A stretch of DNA of 64,000 nucleotides, taken from NCBI GenBank assembly GCA_030123545.1, contig CP126124.1, forward strand, positions 1,451,784 to 1,515,783. The letters are read 5' to 3'. Every line of letters starts with the position of its first letter. Positions within the stretch are counted from its first letter, which is position 1. Below, piece after piece: positions 20,171 to 28,675 of this stretch. The translations under genes and the position numbers were made by a program. The DNA comes from Burkholderiaceae bacterium. Lineage in GTDB: Bacteria > Pseudomonadota > Gammaproteobacteria > Burkholderiales > Burkholderiaceae_C. The notes beneath the pieces are model-generated. The model did no database searches and was not told the origin of the DNA. It was given only the letters and a program-made list of their open reading frames with translations.

Positions 20171-22222
20171 ATGAACGCCGTTACCCAAACCGAAGCCCGC
20201 GCCATCCAAGCCCCCGCGCTGGAAGCCGCCGACCCGACCAAGAACCTGATTCTGGTTCCGCTGTCGCGGCTGGTGCTGCGCCCCACGGGCCGCAACGTGC
20301 GCAAGACCCCGCGCATGTCCATCCCCGAACTGGCTGCGAGCATCCAGCGCGTGGGCCTGCTGCAAAACCTGATCGTCATTGCATCCGCCGATGGCGAGCA
20401 TTACGAAGTCGTGGCCGGTGGCCGACGCCTCGCAGCCCTCAAGCTGCTGGCGAAAAAGCACCGCATCAGCAAGGAATGGGAAGTGCCTTGCCTGCTGGTG
20501 GCCGATGGCACCGCCCGCACGGCCAGCCTCACCGAAAACGTGCAGCGCGAAGCCATGCACCCCGCAGACCAGTTCGAGGCTTTCGCCGCGCTGGTGGCCG
20601 AAGGCCGTCCCATCGAGGACATTGCGGCAGATTTCTCCGTTACGCCGCTGGTGGTGCAGCGCCGATTGAAGCTGGCGAACGTCTCGCCCCGCCTCATGGC
20701 TGACTATCGCGCCGATGCCGTGAGCCTTGACCAGTTGATGGCCCTTGCCATCACCGATGACCACGCCGCGCAGGAAAGCGCGTTCTACGATGCGCCAACC
20801 TGGCAGCGCGGCCCGTCCGCGCTGCGCGAACGCCTCACCGAGCGCGAAATCGACGCCTACCGGCATCCGCTGGTGCGCTTCGTCGGGCTGGACACCTACG
20901 AGGCCGCAGGCGGTGGCATCCGCCGTGACCTGTTCGCGGAAGATGACGCGGGCGTGTATCTGACCGATGCCGCGCTGCTGGAACGGCTGGCGCAAGACAA
21001 GCTGGCAGGCATCGCCGCCACTGTCCGCGTCGAGGGTTGGGCGTGGGTGGATGCCACGCCGGGCGTGACCCATGCCGACCTGCACGCTTTCCAACGCGCA
21101 CCGAAGGAGCGCCGCGAACCGAACAAGCGCGAAGCGGCACGCATCGAGAGGCTGCAAGCCAAGATGCACGAACTGGCCGAAGCCGTGGATGCTGCGCTGG
21201 ACGCCGACGACGAGGACAAGGCCGACGCCTTGCAGGAGGAAGGCGAAACCCTGGGCGAGCAGTTGCAGGCGCTGGAAGATGGCTTGCAAGGGTACGGCGC
21301 GAACGTGAAGGCCGCAGCCGGTGCCATTGTCAGCATCGACCGCAACGGTGAGGCCGTCATTCATCGCGGCCTGATGCGCGAGGTCGAGGCCAAGGCGCTG
21401 CGCACACTGGAACGGCTGCGCCAAGGGTTCAGCGGCGAGGATGCCGAGAACAACGACGAAGGCGAGGACGACAAGCAACCCAAGAGCGTCGCCATGTCTG
21501 ACCGGCTGGCGCAACGCTTGAGCGCCCACCGCACCGCCGCGCTGCAAATCGAAGTCGCACGGCATCCGCAAGCCGCACTGGCTGCCGTGGTGCATGGCAT
21601 GGTGCAGACCGTCTTGCAGGAACGCCGCTACGGCCTCAACCGTGATTCTTTGCCGCTGGGCGTGAGCCTGAAAGTGCAAGACCGGCTGGAAGGCATGGCC
21701 CCGGACTGGCCTCACTCCGCCGCCGCCGTGGCACTGCGCGAACTGCAACAGGTGGCGGGCGAAGCCTTGCCGGAGGACAGCGCCGAACTGTTCGCCGCGC
21801 TGCTGGCGAAGCCGCAAGACGAACTGGTGCGGCTGCTGGCCGTGTGCGTGGCATCCACGGTGGACGTGGTGACGCCTCGCGCCACGCCGCGCCAGCCCGG
21901 CGCGGAACTGGCGCAGGCCGTGGGCCTCGACATGGCCGCATGGTGGAAGCCGACCGCCGAAGGCTACTTCAAGCACGTTTCCAAGGCCGTGATTCTGGAT
22001 GCCGTGGGCGCGTTTGCCCCGGAGTCCGTCACCCGGCTGGCGAAGCTCAAGAAGGCCGACATTGCCAGCGAAGCCGAGCGGCTGGCCGATGGCACGGGCT
22101 GGATGCCCGCCATCTTCAAGGCCGAAGGCCCGCAGGAGGCCCAGGAGGCAGGCCCGGAGCAGGACGCCCCGGAGGATGCCGAGGCAATGGCGGATGAACC
22201 CGCCGAGGCGCTGGCCGCTTGA
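20171..22222 (+). CDS. ParB/Srx-nuclease-domain protein with a long acidic C-terminal region
   Basis: 683 aa: LQNLIVIASADGEHYEVVAGGRRLAAL, TENVQREAMHPADQFEAF. Confidence 0.85.
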   Translation: MNAVTQTEARAIQAPALEAADPTKNLILVPLSRLVLRPTGRNVRKTPRMSIPELAASIQRVGLLQNLIVIASADGEHYEVVAGGRRLAALKLLAKKHRISKEWEVPCLLVADGTARTASLTENVQREAMHPADQFEAFAALVAEGRPIEDIAADFSVTPLVVQRRLKLANVSPRLMADYRADAVSLDQLMALAITDDHAAQESAFYDAPTWQRGPSALRERLTEREIDAYRHPLVRFVGLDTYEAAGGGIRRDLFAEDDAGVYLTDAALLERLAQDKLAGIAATVRVEGWAWVDATPGVTHADLHAFQRAPKERREPNKREAARIERLQAKMHELAEAVDAALDADDEDKADALQEEGETLGEQLQALEDGLQGYGANVKAAAGAIVSIDRNGEAVIHRGLMREVEAKALRTLERLRQGFSGEDAENNDEGEDDKQPKSVAMSDRLAQRLSAHRTAALQIEVARHPQAALAAVVHGMVQTVLQERRYGLNRDSLPLGVSLKVQDRLEGMAPDWPHSAAAVALRELQQVAGEALPEDSAELFAALLAKPQDELVRLLAVCVASTVDVVTPRATPRQPGAELAQAVGLDMAAWWKPTAEGYFKHVSKAVILDAVGAFAPESVTRLAKLKKADIASEAERLADGTGWMPAIFKAEGPQEAQEAGPEQDAPEDAEAMADEPAEALAA

Positions 22223-22284
22223 CCCGTGCAGAAGGCGAACGCCCCGGCTTCGACCGGGGCGCTTCGCTGGAAGGAAAAGCTCCC

Positions 22285-22494
22285 ATGATCCGTACCACCA
22301 CCAGCCGCTCGCGCATGGCGGCGATCTACGCCCCCGGCACGGTGCGCGCCCGCCGCTGGCACGGCGATGGCGACGTGCGCGGCTACCGCCAGCCCTCGGG
22401 CTGGTCGGCCCGCGCCGACCTCACCGACATTCACCCCATCACGGGCTGCGCCTTGCCGCGTGCCGTGTGGTGGCTCATCGAGACGAAGGAATAA
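22285..22494 (+). CDS. hypothetical 69-aa protein
   Basis: MIRTTTSRSRMAAIYAPGTVRARRWHGDGD... Purine-rich GGAAGGAAAAG ends 6 nt before the ATG. Last gene of the DUF932-ParB operon. Confidence 0.45.
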   Translation: MIRTTTSRSRMAAIYAPGTVRARRWHGDGDVRGYRQPSGWSARADLTDIHPITGCALPRAVWWLIETKE

Positions 22495-22845
22495 CCGCGT
22501 TCAGCACCGCGCCCAGGTCGTTCCGTCCTGGGCGCGGTGAACTTCAAAATCCGGGCGCGGCGGTGGCCGCGCCCGATGTTCAAGCCCAACAGCCAAATCA
22601 GAACGCCGCCGCCTTCGCGGTGGCTCATGCGGCGGCGTTGAAGTAGGCGGGCCTCCCGCCCGGTAATGGGCAGGCCCACATGGGCCTGCAAGCCGAAGCG
22701 CCCACCCTGCGCGGGAATCATCAGCAGTTTTCGGCTTGCCGCGTGCATACCCCGCAGCGTGGGCCGCTTCCATTTCATCGGCGGCATATCCGCGTTTCCT
22801 GCATGGAAATCTGGAACGGCCTGGGCGTGTCGGCTCGATGCGCCG

Positions 22846-23028
22846 CCGGGCTTTCGGGCTGCGCCCCGTGCCGTCTTTGCCGTCACGGCCATTCGGCTTC
22901 AATCCCTCACGCCTTCGCGCCTGCGGCGCTGCGCGCTTCGCTTGCCTCCGGGGGATCGGCACAAGGCCCATCCCCGCCGCGCAGGCTTGGCGCCCCTCGA
23001 TGCCGCCGAACCGGCTGCGCCGGATCGG
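22846..23028 (+). repeat. B5-C2 composite non-coding repeat
   Basis: Aligns along its length, with indels, to 24074-24259. Confidence 0.85.
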
Positions 23029-23596
23029 CCCGGCCAGTGCCCCGCCGCGATGGACAGTGCATTGGCGAACACGCTGGAGCCTGCTGCGGCAGGTTGTGCA
23101 AATGCGTGCCCTCCCCAACGCTGGCGGTTCCTGCCCATCACGTCACGAAGGACGGTTCACGGACATCCCGCCCGGCATCGCTATGGAGCTTCCACGCCAC
23201 GCCTCAAGACCAGCGCCGCAAGGTGCGGCAGGGGTGTTCTCGCTTGTCGTCGGGTGGTTGACCTGGCCCACGTCAGTGGGCGAGTCGGTGCAGCCTTCGT
23301 GCGGGGATGCCGAGCCGGCCTTGTCTCCTTTCGGTGCGGTTCGGCCCAAGGCGTCCTTGTGTTGTTGTGAATCCTGGCGGGGGCGCGGCTGCGCCTCGGG
23401 CTTCATGGCTGCAACCGTCCAGCGAAAACAATTTCCCCTGCGCTGCGCGCATTCCTCGCGGGACAAATTCTTTTCGCCTCCCGGCTCTCCACTGCGTTGC
23501 GACCACAAGCGGTGCAGCCAGCCCGTCCCCCGCCGGCCGGATCACAACAAGGACGCGATGGGCGCGAACCTTGTTCAACCGAACGGAGAAAACATC

Positions 23597-23911
23597 ATGG
23601 CCAACATCGGCACCTTCACCGCAGACAAAGACGGCTTCGCCGGCACGCTTCGCACCCTGACGCTCAACGTCAAGGTCAAGCTGGTTCCCAACGACAAGGG
23701 GGACAACGAGAAAGCACCGGACTTCCGCTTGCAGGCCGCCAGCCACGACATCGGCGCGGCATGGAAGAAGACCAGCGAGGCCGGGCGGGAGTACATCTCC
23801 GTGACCCTCGACGATCCTTCGTTCCCGGCCACGGTCTACGCCCGCCTGATCGAAGGCGAGAACGGCACGCACGACCTGATCTGGTCGCGCAGCAAGCCCC
23901 AGGCGGCCTGA
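23597..23911 (+). CDS. DUF736 domain protein
   Basis: 104 aa: [31 protein letters not shown]... GGAGAA RBS. The 5' 860 nt of track ORF 22736..23911 is non-coding repeat DNA. Confidence 0.85.
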   Translation: MANIGTFTADKDGFAGTLRTLTLNVKVKLVPNDKGDNEKAPDFRLQAASHDIGAAWKKTSEAGREYISVTLDDPSFPATVYARLIEGENGTHDLIWSRSKPQAA

Positions 23912-24073
23912 CGGCCGCCAGCGCCCCGCCCACGGCGGCGGGGCGCTGTGCTACTTGGATCGGCAGACAGAGAGGCTTGGCTCTCCCAGCTTCGTGATGG
24001 TGGTGGTCGGGCAGCATCACAATGACCTCGGGTTGCCAGGGCGAATGCAGGGCGATTCGGCGCACTGCGCCGA

Positions 24074-24259
24074 CCGGGCTTTGCGGGCTGCGCCCCATGC
24101 CGACTTCGCCGTCATGGCCATTCGGCTTCAATCCCTATCGCGGCTTCGCGCCGGTGGCGCTGCGCGCTGCGCTTGCCTCCAGGGGAAAGCCCTGCGGCCT
24201 ATCCCCGCCGCGCGATGCTTGGCGCCCCTGAAGTCCCCGAACCGGCTGCGCCGGATCGG
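24074..24259 (+). repeat. B6-C3 composite non-coding repeat
   Basis: See B5-C2. Lies between the DUF736 stop and the 3' end of the XRE gene. Confidence 0.85.
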
Positions 24260-24270
24260 TGGCCCAGCGC

Positions 24271-24564
24271 CTACGGCTGGGCCGCTGCTGCGAGCTGGCT
24301 TTCAGCCTCGCTCATCAGCACTGCCGTGCTGCATTCGAGTGCGCTGGCAATTTTGAAGATGATCGCCAGCGTGGGCATGTGTTCGCCACGCTCGACCTTG
24401 CCCATGTGCGAACGCTCGATGCCGGCGAGGTTCGCCAGCGATTCCTGCGCGATGCCGCGCTCCGTCCGCAGCGCGCGCACCGCCGCGCCGAAGGCTTGAG
24501 CCAATTCGGCATCGTAGGTGGTGGCGCCCGCTGGCCGGCCGCGGTGGATGGATCGCTTCTGCAT
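24271..24564 (-). CDS. XRE-family helix-turn-helix repressor
   Basis: 97 aa from MQKRSIHRG: RTERGIAQESLANLAGIERSHMGKVERGEHMPTLAIIFKIASAL. Confidence 0.85.
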   Translation of the reverse strand: MQKRSIHRGRPAGATTYDAELAQAFGAAVRALRTERGIAQESLANLAGIERSHMGKVERGEHMPTLAIIFKIASALECSTAVLMSEAESQLAAAAQP

Positions 24565-24822
24565 GGACAGAAGCGTCAATTCGCAGCACAATTAAAACCA
24601 CGTTATCTTTAACTCATTCATGCCTTTGGCCCTTATTCGTGCTTTTACGGAAATCCGCTTCTGCGGATTCCGACAGAACCGGAAAACCGCCAACGTGTAT
24701 TTGCAGATTTCTACAATTGAGCTTTTGCGCTTTCGTGTTTCCACGGCTTTCGTGGAATACGCATCCATGCTTTGGCGTGAATGTGCAAAACCGACATTCC
24801 GTGTTGGAACAGGAGCACCACG

Positions 24823-25173
24823 ATGAACGCTCCCCTCGTCACCGATGCGCAGCGCGCCGCGCTGCTGGAGAACGGACGGCGGGCCGCCGCTGGTGAACCG
24901 CACGACCCGTTGCCGGTTGTGCGGCTGTTCACTCCCGACGCGCACGCCACCTGGCTGCTGACCTCGCTCGATCCCGTCGATGGCGACACGGCCTACGGCC
25001 TGATCGACCTGGGAATCAGCTTGCCCGAGCTGGGGACGGTGAAACTTTCCGACCTGGCTTCCATCGTCGGGCCGCGCCAGCAACCCGTGATGCGGGATCG
25101 GTATTTCCAGGCGATGCGCCCGCTGTCGGAATATCTGCGCCTGGCGCAGGAAAACGGTTCCGTCGTCGATTGA
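24823..25173 (+). CDS. DUF2958 domain protein (paralog 2)
   Basis: 116 aa: VRLFTPDAHATWLLTSLDPVDGDTAYGLIDLGISLPELGTVKLSDL. AGGAG RBS. Confidence 0.8.
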   Translation: MNAPLVTDAQRAALLENGRRAAAGEPHDPLPVVRLFTPDAHATWLLTSLDPVDGDTAYGLIDLGISLPELGTVKLSDLASIVGPRQQPVMRDRYFQAMRPLSEYLRLAQENGSVVD

Positions 25174-25503
25174 ACCGCTCGCGCTACGGCCAAGCCGGGC
25201 GCATTGAGGCTATTTTGGTCTTGCTCCAGACCTTTCCAGTCTGAATCAACACTCTTGCACCAAACCTGTGCGTGCGTGGCGGAATCAGCCACGATCTTTC
25301 ATGCGGCTTGCGGCACGGTGTCAGTACCGCATGACGTTTTTGGTGCCATGCTGCCGTCGCATTCGGACGGATTACGCAACATGCCGGAGCCAACCAATCT
25401 TGACACCAGCAGTTACAGCTTAACCGGATTTCTACCTTGATTTGATGCTCCCGCATGTTTGACGCCGTGGCGACGTTCCTGCTGTTCGACGGGAGCTTGG
25501 GTC

Positions 25504-26265
25504 ATGGTCAATCCTCATCATGTCGCGCACTGGTATCCCACTGCGGCTTACCTCTATGTCTTGTGGCTGGATGCGCTTGCGCTGGCCTGGGAGTACCTGC
25601 GCAGGCACCCCGATTACCGGCTCGACTGGCTGCGCCGTGCGCGCCGCCCCGATGCGGCGCATCGCTGGGGCTTGCGCGTGCTGGAAGACCCGGCGCTGGA
25701 TGCGCGCGATGCGCATCCGGCCTGGCAGCCCGGCCAAGCTGATGTAGTGCAGCTCTACCCCGATGCCGATCCGCCCGTGGATGCCGAGCCCTTCGCGTTC
25801 TGGCGTATCCCCGGCCACAAGCAACTTCTCCACGATGGCAAGGCACTGGCGCTGATCGCGCGCAGCCCCGGCCAGTGCCTGCGCTTCGCGCTCGCGCCTG
25901 GCCTGCAAGACGGCATGGCTGTCGCCTATGCCCATCGCGGCGGCGCCTTCGCGCCTACGCGCGGTCATGCGCTCGACGCGGCCCAGGCCGCCACCAAGTC
26001 CAGGCCAGCACCCTCCGCGCTGCTGGAACTGCATACGTTGCAGGCGCTCGACGCGACCCTGGCGGGCTCGTCCTTCCGCGACGTGGCCGAAGGCTTGTTC
26101 GGCGTGGACGCCGCGGCCGGTTGGTACAGCGACGGTGGCCTGCGCTCCAAGGTGCGTCGCCTGGTGCGGCGCGGCGATGCGTTGATGCGCGGCGGCTATC
26201 GCCGCCTAGCACAACTGTCGCCGCTTGAGAAGGGTCGTTTTGAAGGCAACGCAAAACGACCCTGA
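25504..26265 (+). CDS. DUF6499/DUF2285-domain transcriptional regulator (FseA-like activator candidate)
   Basis: 253 aa: WEYLRRHPDYRLDW N-terminal domain, and a C-terminal LQALDATLAGSSFRDVAEGLFG HTH-like region. Confidence 0.7.
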   Translation: MVNPHHVAHWYPTAAYLYVLWLDALALAWEYLRRHPDYRLDWLRRARRPDAAHRWGLRVLEDPALDARDAHPAWQPGQADVVQLYPDADPPVDAEPFAFWRIPGHKQLLHDGKALALIARSPGQCLRFALAPGLQDGMAVAYAHRGGAFAPTRGHALDAAQAATKSRPAPSALLELHTLQALDATLAGSSFRDVAEGLFGVDAAAGWYSDGGLRSKVRRLVRRGDALMRGGYRRLAQLSPLEKGRFEGNAKRP

Positions 26266-26348
26266 GCAGAAGGGCCGCGTTTTCTGAGACTGCCTCCATC
26301 CGGTTGCGCTGTGTGGCCGGAGCTTTGAAAGCTATGGAGGTTCACACC

Positions 26349-26630
26349 ATGCGTCCCGCTCCCTTGCGGCCTGCCGCTACTGTCTCGACCGCTGCCGCGC
26401 AGCCCCAACGCTATCTCACCAACGACGAAGCCGCCGAATACCTGCGCCTGTCGCCGCGCACGCTGGAAAAGCAGCGCGTGCTGGGTGGCGGCCCCAAGTT
26501 CCGCAAGTTCGGCCGCCGCGTCATGTACGCCGTGGCCGATCTCGATGCCTGGGCTTCCGAGCGCAGCTTCGAGAGCACATCCGATCCCGAGTACGCCGAG
26601 CAGCATTCGGCGGACAGCCGTGCGCGCTGA
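26349..26630 (+). CDS. excisionase-family (MerR-like) HTH protein; recombination directionality factor candidate
   Basis: YLTNDEAAEYLRLSPRTLEKQRVLGGGPKFRKFGRRVMYAVADLDAW. GGAGG RBS. Confidence 0.7.
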   Translation: MRPAPLRPAATVSTAAAQPQRYLTNDEAAEYLRLSPRTLEKQRVLGGGPKFRKFGRRVMYAVADLDAWASERSFESTSDPEYAEQHSADSRAR

Positions 26631-26644
26631 TCGCTTGCGCGCGG

Positions 26645-27514
26645 GTGGCCTTCGCCATGTCCAGCTCTGCGCTGCCGTCCCGGCAGCGGCCCGTGCCGGA
26701 GCGCGAACAGCTCGACCTGTTTCGCGCCCTGCCGGGCGACATGGCGCCGCGCGACAGCCAGGACTTGATGGCCTTTCCGTTCTTCTCGCTGGCGAAGTCG
26801 CGGCGCACGGCGCCGATCGACTTCCGCGCCAGCGGCATCACGATCCGCGTGGAGGGCACGCAGGAGCACGGCATCGCCACCATTTGGGATGCGGACGTGC
26901 TCATTTGGGCAGCTTCGCAGATCGTGGAAGCACGCGACGCGGGCTTGCGCCCGTCGCGGCTGATGCAGGCCACGCCCTACGAGATCCTGCGCTTCATCGG
27001 GCGCGGTACGTCGCTGCGCGACTACCAGCGCCTCAAGGCCGCGCTGGATCGCCTGCAATCCACGACGGTGGCCACGTCCATCCGCGAGACGACCGGGCGG
27101 CGCCTGCATCGCTTCTCGTGGATCAACGAGTGGAAAGAACTGGCCGATGCCAAGGGCACGCCCTTGGGGCTGGAACTGATCCTGCCGGACTGGTTTTACG
27201 CGGGCGTTATGGATGCCGCGCTCGTGCTGACCATCGACCCAGCATATTTCCGGCTCACGGGCGGGATAGAGCGATGGCTGTACCGGCTGGTGCGCAAACA
27301 CGGCGGGCGACAGCCGGGCGGCTGGCAATTCGATTTCCGGCACCTGTATCGGAAATCGGGCAGCGCCACGCGCTTCTCGGACTTCGCCTACGACCTGCGC
27401 GCGCTGGTCGCGCGGCAGTCGATGCCCGGCTACGTCCTGGGCATCGAGCGAATGCCGGACAACAGCGCCGAACTGCTGACCTTTCGGCCCGTGCCGTTCA
27501 CGGCACGGGGATAA
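26645..27514 (+). CDS. repA: replication initiator protein A
   Basis: 289 aa: DLMAFPFFSLAKSRRTAPIDF, WLYRLVRKHGG. Confidence 0.85.
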   Translation: MAFAMSSSALPSRQRPVPEREQLDLFRALPGDMAPRDSQDLMAFPFFSLAKSRRTAPIDFRASGITIRVEGTQEHGIATIWDADVLIWAASQIVEARDAGLRPSRLMQATPYEILRFIGRGTSLRDYQRLKAALDRLQSTTVATSIRETTGRRLHRFSWINEWKELADAKGTPLGLELILPDWFYAGVMDAALVLTIDPAYFRLTGGIERWLYRLVRKHGGRQPGGWQFDFRHLYRKSGSATRFSDFAYDLRALVARQSMPGYVLGIERMPDNSAELLTFRPVPFTARG

Positions 27515-27538
27515 ACGGTGCGTTGCCTGTGGACAGAC

Positions 27539-27604
27539 TCGTGCTATCAGGAGTACGAGGTATCGTGCTATCGGGAGTACGGCTCTCGTGCTATCAGGAG
27601 TACG
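27539..27604 (+). repeat. three 19-bp direct repeats TCGTGCTATC(A/G)GGAGTACG (iteron or centromere-like)
   Basis: Copies at 27539-27557, 27563-27581 and 27586-27604 (period 23-24 bp), followed by an AT-richer stretch with three TAACT motifs (27648-27675). Confidence 0.85.
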
Positions 27605-27767
27605 GATCGGCCGCAAAGCCAATAACGGCGCGGGTTTCGGCCTCCCTTAACTTCCCTAACTTAAAACATCTAACTGGTAGTAGAAGCGCCGTGCCACGGT
27701 GGATAACCGCCACGCGGCACGAAGCGCAGCAGCAACAGCCCGGCTTTCCAGCAAGGAGGGCCAGGCC

Positions 27768-28406
27768 ATGATCGTCGCTCTGCTCAACCAGAAAGGCGGC
27801 GTGGGCAAGACCACGCTCGCTACGCACATTGCCGGCGAGCTGGCGATGCGCGGCCAGCACGTCGTTCTGCTGGACGCCGACCCGCAGGGTTCATCGCTCG
27901 ACTGGACACAGCGCAGAAGCCAGCAAGGCTTGCCACGGCTGTTCAGCGCCGTGGGCCTCGCACGCGAAACGCTGCATCAGGAGGCCCCAGAACTCGCCAA
28001 GCGGGCCGATCACGTCGTCATCGACAGCCCGCCCAGGATCGCCGCCTTGGCGCGCTCTGCGCTGCTGGCGGCCGAGCGCGTGCTGATCCCGGTGCAGCCC
28101 AGCCCTTACGACCTGTGGGCCAGCGCCGAGATGGTGGCGCTGATCCGCGAAGCGCAGGTGTTCCGGCCTGCGCTGCGCACGGCCTTCGTCATCAACCGGC
28201 GCGTCAGTACCACCGTGATCGGACGCGAAGCGCGCCAGGCGCTCGCCGACCAGCCGCTTCCTGCGCTGCGCGCGGAAGTGCATCAACGCATCGTGTTCGC
28301 CGACAGCGTGGCCGCTGGCCGGCTCGCCCGCGAGACGGCGCCGGACAGCGCCGCCGCGCGCGAAATCACCGCGCTGGTGGACGAACTGCTGCGGTGGACG
28401 CCATGA
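27768..28406 (+). CDS. parA: ParA-family partition ATPase
   Basis: MIVALLNQKGGVGKTTLATH deviant Walker A. AGGAGG RBS. Confidence 0.92.
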   Translation: MIVALLNQKGGVGKTTLATHIAGELAMRGQHVVLLDADPQGSSLDWTQRRSQQGLPRLFSAVGLARETLHQEAPELAKRADHVVIDSPPRIAALARSALLAAERVLIPVQPSPYDLWASAEMVALIREAQVFRPALRTAFVINRRVSTTVIGREARQALADQPLPALRAEVHQRIVFADSVAAGRLARETAPDSAAAREITALVDELLRWTP

Positions 28407-28675
28407 CGGCGAAGCCGCCACCCCGCGCAAAGCGCGTCGGCATCGGCGCGCGTCCGCCGGCGAATCCGCACGCTGAAGCGTGGATTCGCCAGGGCGACGC
28501 CGATGCGCTGGGCAAGGGCGACCTCTACACGGCCCGCCTCACCCTCGACATCACGCCCGCCATGCGGGCGCGCATCAAGGTGTCGGCCTTTACGCAGGGC
28601 ATGACCGTGGCCGACCTGCTGCGCGGCCTGCTGGAACGGGAGTTTCCAGAACATCGCGGGGAGAACACACCATGA
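28403..28675 (+). CDS. small partition/centromere-binding-like protein (ribbon-helix-helix C-terminus)
   Basis: 90 aa. ATGA overlap with the parA stop. LTLDITPAMRARIKVSAFTQGMTVADLLRGLLE. Confidence 0.6.
   Translation: MTAKPPPRAKRVGIGARPPANPHAEAWIRQGDADALGKGDLYTARLTLDITPAMRARIKVSAFTQGMTVADLLRGLLEREFPEHRGENTP

Noticed and set aside
20150-21976. 608-aa minus-strand ORF opposite the ParB-like gene
   Set aside because: It is a shadow ORF. The + frame has the ParB/Srx motifs.
16407-24259. The A/B/C repeats as a CRISPR array
   Set aside because: The repeats are 80-190 nt, diverged and irregularly spaced, and are separated by genes rather than short unique spacers. No cas genes are present.
25459-26265. 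Programmed ribosomal frameshift in the DUF2285 gene, as in FseA
   Set aside because: Both the N-terminal and DUF2285 parts lie in one uninterrupted frame, so no frameshift is needed.
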